Assembly: GCA_012295275.1 (NCBI GenBank)
Contig: CM022669.1
Coordinates: forward strand, 1,054,001 to 1,118,000
Origin: Chrysomallon squamiferum
Lineage: Eukaryota; Animalia; Mollusca
Direction: 5' to 3'
Length of the DNA: 64,000 bases
In this document: one piece after another, positions 40,034 to 51,558 of the stretch
Layout of the letters: the number at the start of each line of letters is the position of its first letter
How positions within the stretch are numbered: position 1 is the stretch's first letter
The notes under the pieces: model-generated
The model's input: only the letters and a program-made list of their open reading frames with translations
Told to the model about the DNA's origin: nothing
Databases searched by the model: none
Translations under genes and position numbers: made by a program

Positions 40034-40632
40034 TATCATAGTGGGAAAAACGCCTCGCTTGGACATGCCATAAGCAGAATAAAATAAAATAAATTTAACT
40101 ATAGCAACCAAAGTTATAAAGCCAAAGTCGTCAAGTTACAATCCATCCAATCTAACAACAGACATATAATTAATTAAAATACCTAAATACATAATGATAT
40201 GAGCCGGCTCCAGTTAATGGGTATGCGCCAATTAAGGACAAAAGATGTCTTATCCCGAGTAAATTGATTACGGCAATAATCTTGTCAACAATTATACATT
40301 AATACATTAATATATTAATACGTAACGATATGAGCCGAGTGCTATAAAATAACGCACAGACCAGTGTCCAGTTTCTGCGACGGACACGCCCGCTGACCTG
40401 TCAGAAAGTGTGCCAGTCGTAGACGTGCTTCACAAGAGCTTGCTCTGATTAGCACGTTCATTTTTTTCACTTCACTTCACAGTGTCCAGTTACAACGCAC
40501 TTGGCTGACCAGCAATAAACACTTCGGAATTCGGCTCATCTCTCTCTCATTTTTATATTTAGACTGGACCTCATTGCTCCCAGACTGCATTCCCCAAAGT
40601 AGTTTTACAGCAAAATAATAATCACGATTATA
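40034..40632 (+). repeat. 5' LTR
   Basis: Near-identical blocks shared with 44136-44407; followed directly by the PBS. Confidence 0.9.
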
Positions 40633-40633
40633 A

Positions 40634-41416
40634 GTGGTGGAGATCAAACGATCCCGGCCAATGAACGGGGCCAGTCCAATAAACTACAGAGAGAGGCTTC
40701 GAGGTTTCCCACCGACAACACCAACGCCAACACCGGCGTTATATCCAGCAATATTCATACAGCCATCATCAACAACAGCTACAACTATTATTCAGATCAC
40801 GCCATCTGTTTCTATGTCAACAACTAGTGATTCAGCTGTCAATTCCCTACCAGTACCAACAGCACATTATGGCCCATGTAACACTGAACAAATTTTGTGG
40901 CAACCAGAATATGTCGACTTGGTGGAATGATTGCCTTAAACGGTTAATAAAGTGAACAAGCGTGTCTGTTGCTGCCATTCTATTTAGAAGTAACAGCTAA
41001 GATGTGGCATCAGGATTTAACCGAAGAAACAAAGAAAAGCCTGCCACTCCTGAAACAAGCCTTAAGAACCAGTTCAGAGTTCGGCTTTCCAGTTGGCACT
41101 TTTCTCCATCTCACAGAAAACAACTGAGGCCATGGAGGACTACATGACACGAGTCCAAACAGCTACACAACACAAAAACCTACCAAAAGAGCTTGTAGTA
41201 GCAACAGCTGTAAACGGCCTTCATGAGACTCTTCGACAGTGGGTCTACAATAAAGAGCCCACAACGCTTGAAGAGGTTAGGCATTTTACACACGTAGCTA
41301 ACCAATCCACTACAATGATGCGGCTATCGCAAAAAGGGCAACTTCGCAAAAAGGGCAACTTCAACAATTCGTTGCAAGTCATCGTACAGCATTTGCAAAA
41401 GACTGGGTTGAACTAG
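40634..41416 (+). pseudogene. gag remnant of the Gypsy element
   Basis: LLPFYLEVTAKMW-like and QKTTEAMEDY...NGLHETLRQWVYNKEPTTLEE motifs; frameshifts. Confidence 0.75.
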
Positions 41417-41427
41417 GAAAAATTGAC

Positions 41428-43191
41428 TTGCATCATCATAAAATAGATACAGGTAATGCAAGACCCATTAGGCTTCGTTTCTACAGACAAAATGTACAAA
41501 TTAGGAAAGAATGCTCAATCCAAGTTCAACAGATGCTTGATGCTGGTATCATTCAGCCAAGCACATCACAATGGAATTTTCCAGTAGTCATGGTGAAGAA
41601 GCATGATGGCAGTTACCGGTTTGCTGTTGACTACAGGAAACTGAATGCGGTAACAAAACCAATCTTTTTTCCCTTGCCTAGATTTGAAGATGTCATTGAT
41701 TCAGTTGGGGAATCGAAAGCTCAAATATTTAGTGTTCTAGATTGTGCTAGTGGCTTCTGGCAAATACCCCTAGACCCTTCCACAAAAGATCGTTCAGCCT
41801 TTATAATCCCTGAAGGCATTTTTGAATGGAATCGTTTACCCTTTGAACTGAACAGTGCTCCATTTCATCAGCCATCAAACAAATGAACTGGAAATACATT
41901 TTAATTTACCTTGACGACATTATTGTTTTTTCAAAGAACTTTACAGAATATCTTCAACATTTGTCATGTAATTTTCCAAAGCTAAAAGAAGCTGGATTAC
42001 TGTTGAAACCAAGCAAATGTTGAATTGCCGCGAAAAAGGTAACCTATATTGGGCATTTGTTCAGCAAAGAAGGCATTGAGGTAGATAAGACGAAAGTTGA
42101 GGCAGTGGTTAACATTCCACCTCCAAAAACGGTCCATGATGTTAGGCATCTCTTAGGTATCTGCATTAGAACCTGCACACTGTACCTTACAACATAGAAG
42201 TTCAAGGTTTTACACAGACCACAAAGCTCTTACATGGCTAAAAGACATCAAACCAGATTCAGGACATTTAGCCAGATGGTCGCTCATGCTTCAGGAGTAT
42301 GATTTCGATATTATACACCGAGCAGGAACTGCCAACAAAAATGCTGAAGCCTTATCCAGGATCCCATATGCTTCACAAACTACGCTGCCAGTCACAGATG
42401 ATATTCATTCTTTAGATTTAACAAACAGACAACTGATCCATCAACAAAACAGGACACCATGCCCAACCAAAAATCAATACTTCACAACATTATGAATCAG
42501 AACAATAGTATCACGCGATACGATTTTTGGAAACACAGTTCATCAGCAAACGAATTTGCCAGCAGATTGGAGTGCATCTTCTGATGAATCAATTCAATCA
42601 TACCTACAAACTTTGTCATTCGATATCCAAGACCCCTCATTCATCACTGGTACATGCCAATCGTTTAAAACTCTTCACAGTAGACCACAGACAACTCCAC
42701 ATACGACGACTCATACATACCAATCTCAGGATTCACGTATGTCACAGTCAGACACTAGGACAACTAGTGACTCCCAACCAAAACAAAGTCCCAACAGAAT
42801 AATGCCTGCTCCACAGCAGACTGCACAAACACTTCAGTCTCAAGATGCACGCTTATCCCAACGCACAACCAATAAGCAAGTAACTACAGTTACTTACATG
42901 AATGGGAATCCCAAAATATCCCCACCTATATCATCACAATCGGCACCAACTGCCCAATCACCCTCCCAATCACCGTCTCCACAATCGGGTACAAAAACAT
43001 TTATGGTGGAACGTCTCATAAGAATGAAACGCATTCAGAGTGTTCAACATTATCTAACCAAAGGAGTTGGCTATCTTACACCTACATGGGAACCACACAC
43101 ACACTTTGAGCCAGATCTTTTGAAAGACTTTCAAATCCGCAAGACACAGTCTGGTCGCAGAAGAAAAAGGGGCCGTAAATATTTTTCATAG
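41428..43191 (+). pseudogene. pol remnant: RT, RNase H, integrase C-terminal fragment, S/T/Q linker, chromodomain
   Basis: RT and RNase H motifs with stops and frameshifts; integrase tail LVHANRLKLF; chromodomain FMVERLI...YLTKGVGY..TWEP at about 43000-43130. Confidence 0.88.
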
Positions 43192-43227
43192 TTATGTGAA
43201 AACCTAGTTTTCCCTGTTAGAGCCTTA

Positions 43228-43950
43228 ATGGGACTTAATGGGAGTACTAATGGGCGTTCTATCATAGTGTTGAAATTGTTGATGGCCACAACATATTTCA
43301 ATTCTAGATCACCTACCGATGTATCCCATTGGTTTCATTTTGTCATAGGGTCTATATGGGGGATGCTGCTCGTTTGGCTAATGATAATATTCTCGACTCC
43401 AGTTCTTGCGGTGAAACCGGTTCAACGACAAAACTATAGAATTACCTTCCTTTCACTACCATGCGCCCTCTACGCCTCAACTCGACTCATTTTAACAACA
43501 ATTCTTACTGACTACCAGATCTCCATTATGCTTGGAATAATATCAATCTTAATGATCGCCCTCATCATCATATTAACTGTAAGGCAACGCCAGGTACACA
43601 GACATTGCATAAGGGTGGAAATAACATCAGGTCCAGTATGTATCACTATTCCTTTAATATTCCTGTCACTGTGTCCTTCTTTTTGGTTAATCCAATCCCC
43701 TAACTACGAAGACAACCTACAAATCTCTGGATATTTCTTCTCCTCACTAACTGTTAACTTTCCTGGATTTCTTATAACCAACAAGCTTACACACAAATCA
43801 CTTGCCCTTCCTACACGAATACGAATTTCATTCCTCACAGCTAGGAAGTTACATAGTCTCTTCCAGCAACCATTTACTGCTTATTCATTACTGGTTCATC
43901 ACGGGTTTTTTAAGGTTCTGGGACCAGATTCGAAACAGAATCCATTTTAA
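43228..43950 (+). CDS. env-like ORF of the Gypsy element (signal peptide + TM + cytoplasmic tail; ectodomain apparently deleted)
   Basis: Lies between pol and the PPT; hydrophobic leader MLLVWLMIIFSTPVLA, TM ISIMLGIISILMIALIIILTV followed by RQR. Confidence 0.65.
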   Translation: MGLNGSTNGRSIIVLKLLMATTYFNSRSPTDVSHWFHFVIGSIWGMLLVWLMIIFSTPVLAVKPVQRQNYRITFLSLPCALYASTRLILTTILTDYQISIMLGIISILMIALIIILTVRQRQVHRHCIRVEITSGPVCITIPLIFLSLCPSFWLIQSPNYEDNLQISGYFFSSLTVNFPGFLITNKLTHKSLALPTRIRISFLTARKLHSLFQQPFTAYSLLVHHGFFKVLGPDSKQNPF

Positions 43951-44135
43951 TTCATAGTACAAAAAAAAAAAAAAAAAAAAAGTGTTGGCACGTGGCATAG
44001 GGCAATACTCGTGAATTATTAGTACAGACTTTGTATTGAAACTGTATGTAAATATATGTATGTATGTATATTATGTTATTATGTTAAAATTTGTTTTGCT
44101 TTTGAGGGCAAAAGCTAAATATTGCCTGGGGGTAC

Positions 44136-44407
44136 TGTGATAGTGGGGAAAAATTATAGCAACCAAAGTTATAAAGCCAAAGTCGTCAAGTTACAATCCA
44201 TCCAATCTAACAACAGACATATAATTAATTAAAATACCTAAATACATTAATACAAAACGATATGAGCCGAGTGCTATAAAATAACGGAACTCGGCTCATC
44301 TCTCTTTCATTGTTGTGTTTAGACTGGACCCCACTGCTCCCAGATTGCATTCCCCAAAGTAGTTACACAGCAAAATAACCAAGGACAAAATAATAATCAC
44401 GGTTATA
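44136..44407 (+). repeat. 3' LTR (internally deleted relative to the 5' LTR)
   Basis: Starts TG after the purine tract; ends ggttata followed by TSD ATAG. Confidence 0.9.
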
Positions 44408-45090
44408 ATAGATTAGAAAGAACTGAGAAATGATCTGCTCAATTTAATGCAGAAGTTTAATTCAAAATAAAACAAAGCATTACATGTAGTATGACAAATA
44501 TATGCTAATATAACAAATACAAAAGTAAATTTATGTGGTTAAAATAGAGAAATCTCCAAATCATCTTTGCATTTTTTTTTCCATTTTCTATCCCTGACAT
44601 TTGTTTACATTTTATACAAATAATGTTGTCCAAATATTCCTTTTTTCTTCAGATTTAATTGTTCCTTTACTAATCTTACAAATATATTTATTTGTGTAAT
44701 AATACATGTTCAGAACATTTCAGAATCCAGTTAAAGTTAGCTGTTCGTTTTTGCTTTTGAATTATATATGTACTGCTTGGCAGTTAACAATATTAAACTG
44801 ATTATATTACCTTTTTCAGAATAATTTGTGTTGCCTAAAACTATTGTTTGTGCATTTATTTCAAGTCTCACTTTTGTTGTAAAAAATATCCTATTTGTGC
44901 TTTACCTGGAAGCTAAACTGAACCCGAGTACGTACGTCTGTCTGTACGTTGTCAGAACAGTGAGCGAATTACATCAAAGCTAAACCTCTAAAAATAACTA
45001 GAATTACAGTATTATTGCTTGACAATTATTATTATGTTTATTTATTTGTTGTTATTTATTTATTTATTTTTTTTTTATATTTTAATTTAA

Positions 45091-45153
<63 letters not shown>

Positions 45154-45599
45154 GGGGGTTCTTGGTTTTTTTTTTGCTTTTTTTTTTTTAATAAAGTAAT
45201 AAATTCGATGAAAAAGATTTACACATCTGGCAGAAAGAATAAATTCAGCATAAAATGATTTTTGTTAAACAATGGTAAAAAAAAAAAAAAAAAAAAAAAA
45301 ATATGTAGCAAATGTTACTATAGAAAAATAAACAGGCATGCAATGACACTAAATCAAACTGATTACGTACATAAATAGATCTGACTTATTAGGGCCTGTT
45401 GACCTTTTTAAAATCAGCACGTGGCCGTATCGTCTCAGTCACATTCTAATTTCTGCTTTATAAATTTAAAACTGAATTAAACTGTGCACAGTGACACTAT
45501 ATTTGCAGCATCTTAAATTAGTTTAGTTATTTGTAATAAAGAAAACTTAATCTTTATAGGCCTACTTGTGTCTAGCGTAGCCCGAATTAGAGATCAATC

Positions 45600-45691
45600 T
45601 ATTTATACACCGATGTCGACAAAACCAGGTTAAGGTCGGTCGCGGTTTGTTTTCATGTTTTAGTTACGGTGTGCCGGAAACTGCTTGCAGA
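45600..45691 (+). other. Putative non-coding first exon of the acyltransferase-asparaginase gene
   Basis: CpG-containing segment ending at a GTAAGT donor (45692); the ORF ATG at 46705 directly follows a tttttag acceptor; ATGs in the segment lead to immediate stops. Confidence 0.45.
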
Positions 45692-46485
45692 GTAAGTATC
45701 ATCATTTCAATGTAACAGTTTAAAATGAAAGGGCAGAATTTCAAAAAATTAGATCTATATATATAAACTGTAAGAAATTAACTAACGGCAAGCGAGTACG
45801 TATTTAGAAACCTATCATCCTGGTAATTAAAGTATAGCTAGGTTTTAGAGATTAAAAAAAAAAAAAAAAAAGACGAAGAAAAAGACAAAACGTATTCTGC
45901 GTACTTACAAATTATGTTTTATTCGTTTTCTCAGTCCAGATTTAATTAATAACGAAGAATAACAACAAATGAGTGCAGTTTACAAATATTGCAGACAAAT
46001 ATGTACATTACGCACTTGTTTGTTTTGCACTGTTATTGCGCGAAAGGAAAATAGAGCATCGATCTGTCCTAAATACAGTTACGTTACGACCTAATATTTT
46101 GTAATGCAGCTGGAAATTTAGCTGCAAATATACAAAACAGTATGTGTGCATATGTATATTTTGAAACTGATGTCTGCTAATGAGACACAGTGGTCACGCC
46201 CCCCTCTAAACACACTAATACACCTTTAAAATAGCTAACTGGTCACGTGAAAGTCACTGATGAAGGAAGGCTGATGTGTTAAGGACTCATCATGCAACTG
46301 CTAAAAGGAAATACATGAAAGTTAATGCAGTGTCACGGTTTTTTTTTTTTTTTTTTTTTTTAATTATTTAATTAATTATATTTTTTATCAGTTGAAATTG
46401 TTTATTCAGTGTTGAAGCATGATATGATTCAGTTTTCAGCAAATATTAATTATTTCAAAGAGCATGTATAATTCTTCTTCTTCTT

Positions 46486-46516
<31 letters not shown>

Positions 46517-46704
46517 TTATTATTATTTTGTATTTCTAATTCTGTTGCATTTGCCTAAGACTGTCACTCTGATGTGACTGTAGTGTCAGTGTATTTTACT
46601 ACAGTAGCATACAAGAAGAAAACGACTATTAAATCAGTAAATACACACAAACAAGCACAGATACAGTTTCATTTTTGTAAAAAAAAAAATATATATATTT
46701 TTAG

Positions 46705-49263
46705 ATGGACATCACAGAGGATAGTGTGGAGGAGATGAGAAGGGTGATGGAGCTGGTGAGGGATGAGGAGGAAGTGTCCAGTGTGTTAGGAGAGGTGAAA
46801 CAAGAACTGAATGAAATACTCACACAGCTTGAAAAGAAAACAAGAGTGAACAGTGACTGGTACAAAGATCAACTTACAAACACTGGCTTGTCAGACCGAT
46901 GTCCACTGCAGCAGAGTGTGACAACAGTTTTACTGGAAAGTGATGTAACAAAGACTGATCTGTTGTCCAGAGCTACCAGTCTTTTAGTGGCAATAGGAGA
47001 ACTGTACTTGATGGTTGGTGAGGATAATCAACTTGGTAACATGTTAGGAGTGAGCAGGATTCCGGGAAAGGAGAAGGATGAGATTATCAAGAAGAGTGAT
47101 TCTAAACATGTAACACTGATGTATAAACATGGTGTGTACACTGTTTACATCATAGATGAAAAAAGTTGTGTCCATTCTGCAAAAATTATACAACAACAAC
47201 TACAAAGTATACTTCAGAAAAATGTACAAAATGCTAAAGCAAAAGTAAATGACATCATTGCTTATACAGGAAAGCCGAGATGTGAATGGTTTGAATTTAG
47301 AAGTAAACTTTTGTTAGAGACTGGGGAAAGTGTCAGATGGCTGGAAGAACTGGAAAGTTCTATAGCTGCAGTTACATTAGAACAACAAACCTCTGCCGGA
47401 GACCCAGGTGAAAGATTAAAACATCTTCTGACAGGTTCTCGCTATTATGACAAAATTCTCAATGTTGTTGTTTATAAAGATGGTCAGGCTGGACTCATTA
47501 TAGGTCACTCTAATATTGATTATCCTGGGGCCTTTGTATTTTCAGAAAAGTTGTTTGAAGTAGCAAAGTGTGTAGACATAGTTGAGAAAGTGATTTGTGA
47601 GATAGATGATGATGTTGGTGTTATGTTGAACTCGGGGAACGACTGTGAGGTGGTCATGTTGAATGTTCCAGTGTCGCGTGATGTTATTACAGTGATGTGT
47701 GACGCTGATGTTGTAGATGCCTGGTTAATACTGTCACTGCAGCTGACTCTCATGAAAAACAATCTCACTGACTACCTGCTTTCTTCCTACACTGGCAAGT
47801 TTCAACATGGCTACACAGAGCCAATGTACCCAGTCAGCAAAGAATCAAAATGTTTGATAGAAACAATGTTGAACAAAGAAAGTCATCAAGAACAACAACA
47901 TCATTGTGAAATGGCCATTGAAAAACACAAGACTCTTTCACAGGCAAGTAGAGAAAGCAAAATTAACATAAACGCTGTTTTGTTCTTGTTGAGGAGGAGG
48001 CTGTCTAATCAAAGGATATCAAATTTCTTGGCTCATTTCAACAACCCTGATGTTGTTGTCACTGACTGTGGACAGGACTGGCAAGGCATTCATTGCTGGA
48101 GAGGGAATTCACCTTCACCCTGTCAGTTAACAGTGAACTACATGATCAAATGTGCAGCACTAAGCATTGTGATATCTAGTAGAGGAAAATTCACACCATT
48201 GATTCATAAACTAAAAACTGATTTAAAACGCAGTCTAGAGGAGATGGTGCAGTTGGTAGTACGACTAGCAATAAGGAAAGTCATGACAACTGACCTACCA
48301 CTACAGCTAACACAGCATACAGAAACTGTGGACAGTTCTAACAAGAAGTGGGCTTTGGCATTGCATGCTGGGGCAGGAGCTACAATGGCAGCTGTACATA
48401 AACTGGCAGGAGGAATTCTGGGTGATAATGACAGTGTTGAAGAGATTGAAGAATATGCTCTGACTTCTGCTCTCAGACTGGGCTCTGACATGTTAAAATC
48501 AGGTCTTTCAAGCCTGGATTGTGTGCAGCAGGTTACTGCTGCATTAGAAAACTGTTTTCTGTTTAATGCTGGGAAAGGCTCAGTTTACAACTGTAAAGGT
48601 GATCATGAATTAGAAGCAGCTCTTGCTGATGGTGATCATGGTTTATATGGGGCTATGGTGTGCTTAAAAACTGTCAAAAACCCAATAGCAGGGGCTCGAC
48701 TTGTTATGGACAAAACCAATCACTGCATACTAGCAGGTGAAGCTGCTGAAAAACTTTGTGAGGAACAAGGTCTGATTCTGGCTCCTAACAGCTATTTTCA
48801 TACACATTATCGCAAACTGACACCAGCTGAACAAAGTGACACACATGGCCAGACTGTAGGGGCTGTGGCTGTAGATTCAAGAGGCAAACTGGCTGCTGCT
48901 TGTTCTACTGGTGGTCTTCGAGGTAAGATGCCAGGTCGTATAGGAGATACTCCAATCAATGGAGCAGGTTTAGTTGCCACAGGAAAGTGTGCTGTGTCCT
49001 GTACAGGGAAAGGTGAAGTTTTCTTACGTAACAGAGTAGCATCTTCAGTGGATGGACTCATGACATTTGGAGACAAAACTCTAAGTGCAGCTTGTGAAGA
49101 AACTGTCTCCTCTCTGTCTTATGGTGATGGAGGACTGATTGCTGTAGACAGAGAAGGTAACATAGAATGTGTGTTTAACTGTGCAGTATTGGCTACTGGC
49201 AAAGCCAACTCTAGTGGAGTTTTTGTGACAAAGATATTGAAGAAAGCAAATAATCAACACTGA
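46705..49263 (+). CDS. Fusion protein: choline/carnitine O-acyltransferase-like domain (aa ~1-525) plus type-2 L-asparaginase/isoaspartyl peptidase Ntn-hydrolase domain (aa ~547-852)
   Basis: Uninterrupted 852-aa ORF. N-part: RIPGKEKD..SKHV, RYYDK..VV..DG.AG..GHSNID (His268), DAWLILSLQL, FQHGYTE. C-part: LALHAGAG, FNAGKGSV, HELEAA, T717-VGAVAVD..G.LAAACSTGG, GRIGDTP, AVSCTGKGEVF, GGLIAVD. Confidence 0.92.
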   Translation: MDITEDSVEEMRRVMELVRDEEEVSSVLGEVKQELNEILTQLEKKTRVNSDWYKDQLTNTGLSDRCPLQQSVTTVLLESDVTKTDLLSRATSLLVAIGELYLMVGEDNQLGNMLGVSRIPGKEKDEIIKKSDSKHVTLMYKHGVYTVYIIDEKSCVHSAKIIQQQLQSILQKNVQNAKAKVNDIIAYTGKPRCEWFEFRSKLLLETGESVRWLEELESSIAAVTLEQQTSAGDPGERLKHLLTGSRYYDKILNVVVYKDGQAGLIIGHSNIDYPGAFVFSEKLFEVAKCVDIVEKVICEIDDDVGVMLNSGNDCEVVMLNVPVSRDVITVMCDADVVDAWLILSLQLTLMKNNLTDYLLSSYTGKFQHGYTEPMYPVSKESKCLIETMLNKESHQEQQHHCEMAIEKHKTLSQASRESKININAVLFLLRRRLSNQRISNFLAHFNNPDVVVTDCGQDWQGIHCWRGNSPSPCQLTVNYMIKCAALSIVISSRGKFTPLIHKLKTDLKRSLEEMVQLVVRLAIRKVMTTDLPLQLTQHTETVDSSNKKWALALHAGAGATMAAVHKLAGGILGDNDSVEEIEEYALTSALRLGSDMLKSGLSSLDCVQQVTAALENCFLFNAGKGSVYNCKGDHELEAALADGDHGLYGAMVCLKTVKNPIAGARLVMDKTNHCILAGEAAEKLCEEQGLILAPNSYFHTHYRKLTPAEQSDTHGQTVGAVAVDSRGKLAAACSTGGLRGKMPGRIGDTPINGAGLVATGKCAVSCTGKGEVFLRNRVASSVDGLMTFGDKTLSAACEETVSSLSYGDGGLIAVDREGNIECVFNCAVLATGKANSSGVFVTKILKKANNQH

Positions 49264-49830
49264 TAATAATAATAACTTTCTATACAGTCTCCAAATTCCA
49301 TTTAATGAAATACTGCAAATTTCTACTAAACTACCAAATGCGCTCAGTGTTTATCTCATCTAACCAATGGCAATATCCATTCCTCTAAGGTTCATTTTCA
49401 AGCATTAGTTTGCCCTTCATGATAGTCAGTGTAGCTGCATAATGATATGCTGACAGGCTTGTTTAATCATTGTAATGTTGATACTTGAAAATACTGCAAG
49501 GAGTGATTAACTGTCTTTTCAAAACAAATCAAAGTTTTCCTTTTTATTTTAAACATCAAATGATGAGGAACTAAATATATGTTTAAATCAGATAAGGAAT
49601 CCTAATTAGAAATAGGATTTTTAAATTATTAATAATTTAATTAGTTAAAAAATATACTTATGCTGTTTTAATTCTTCAAGATATTTTTAATTTGCTAATT
49701 CATGTACACCCATTTTCCACCACCAGAAAAAAGAAAAGAAAATAATAATAAATTTTGTAATCAAATTTGTCTGAGTTATCAAACTGTTAAGTATTAAAAA
49801 AATACTGGTAGTAATAGTGAAATATAATTC

Positions 49831-49861
<31 letters not shown>

Positions 49862-50509
49862 AAAATTACATTTAAGATGTAGACAAGGTTTAATTCAGTA
49901 TCACAGATAATGGAAATTACAGATACATACAACAACATCATGTTCAGTTAGCCTACAACTGTGAGTTATTTTAACATTTTCTTTTCTTCAGTCTCGTCTT
50001 CAAATTATAAAATAATAAGATTTCTTTTACTTCTTGTGTGCGTTAATTCACTTTATTTTTACTTCACTTTTGTTTCACTGTTTTATTTTACGTAGTATAT
50101 ATTTCATTTTACTTTATTTTTACTTCACTTTTATTTCACAGTGTTTTAGTTTATGTAGAATATATTTCATTTTACTTTATTTTTACTTCACTTTTGTTTT
50201 ATTGCATCTTGTTATGCATATGTTTTATTTTACAATATAACTTCTATTTCATTTATTTTTATTTGTTTTATATTTATCTTTTATCGTTTATTGTTTTATT
50301 TTGTGTTGAATTGTAATGTAGTATATTTATTTATTTATTTTTTTTTTTTTTTTTTTTTGGTGGTGGTGGTGGTGTTCTAAATTGAATTAAGAAACTCCAT
50401 TGACAAAATGTTATCTTGTCTTTCCACAGTAGTTGAATGTAAGAAACGCATCCATTGACAAAATGTTTTTCATGTTCACCCATCCGTAAAACGTTTTTTA
50501 TTACTTGTT

Positions 50510-51100
50510 ATAATAAACGTGAAAACATACTAAAACGTAATACTGAAAACCTAACGAAACGTCGCCAAACATACTAAAACGAACGTAACGAAACATAATA
50601 AAACCATACAAAAACTGGAAACGTTATAATAAAACGAAAAACATAATAAAACGTAAAAAAACCTAATGAAACGTTATAATAAAACGTATTAAAACATACT
50701 AAAAACGTTAATAAAACGTTTAAAACATAAAAAACGTAATATTGAAAACCTAATGAAACGTTATAATAAAACGTAAAAACATACTAAAACGTATTTAAAA
50801 AAACATACTAAAACATACTAAAACGTAATATTGAAAACCTAATGAAACGTTATAATAAAACGTATTAAAACAATACTAAAAAACGTAAAACGTATTAAAA
50901 CATACTAAAAACGAAAACCCTAACGAAACGTTAAATAAAACGTTAAAACCTAATGAAACGTTATAATAAAACGTATTAAAACATACTAAAACGTAATATT
51001 GAAAACCTAATGAAACGTTATAATAAAACGTATTAAAACATACTAAAACGTAATATTGAAAACCTAATGAAACGTTATAATAAAACGTATTAAAAACGTA
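50510..51100. repeat. A-rich minisatellite (~57-bp core aaaacctaatgaaacgttataataaaacgtattaaaacatactaaaacgtaatattg)
   Basis: Direct inspection. Confidence 0.85.
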
Positions 51101-51558
51101 GAATTAAATACGTTTCAAAACACCTGTCACTTTGCTTTCAACAAGTGTAAAAATAAATAAATAAATAAATAAAACACCTGTCACTTTGCTTTCAACAAGT
51201 GTAAAAATAAATAAATAAATAAATAAAAGAAAACATCAGAAATGCTGTGAAATGTATAGTCGAAGTATAAAAATGTTTATATAAAATAACAAAGCTCGTT
51301 TTTGGCTTGTCAAACAGTTTTGTCTTTTTATACCATAATAGCAGCTGGCGCGTGTTTTAGTTTTAAAGGGAGGAAAATTAGAACACCTCTATTTTTATAA
51401 AACATATTTATTTTTAAATATTTATAACCACGTGATGATTTTATATAAACATGACTTTTATTCTATGTCCTCTGTTATATCCACTTCTGTAGCAGAAATT
51501 TTACAAATAAACAAAACTGACTTGAAGGAAAAAGAAAGGAAACTGAATTGATACTTAC

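Larger units (their letters stand above)
40034..44407 (+). mobile_element. Gypsy/Metaviridae LTR retrotransposon, internally deleted, with chromodomain and env-like ORF
   Basis: LTRs 40034-40632 and 44136-44407; TSD ATAG (40030-33 and 44408-11); PBS TGGTGGAGAT at 40635; PPT-like GGGGG before the 3' LTR; gag remnant; RT (YRFAVDYRKLN, LDCASGFWQ, IYLDDI); RNase H (TDHKALTWL, EYDFDIIHRAG). Confidence 0.95.

Noticed and set aside
47520-49076. Short antisense ORFs within the fusion gene (likewise plus-strand ORFs inside 25273-29898)
   Set aside because: Shadow ORFs of real coding sequence.
46705-49263. Bacterial contamination as the source of the fusion ORF
   Set aside because: Spliceosomal acceptor at the ATG, host-like low-CpG composition, flanking host microsatellites and no operon context; long-read confirmation is still advisable.
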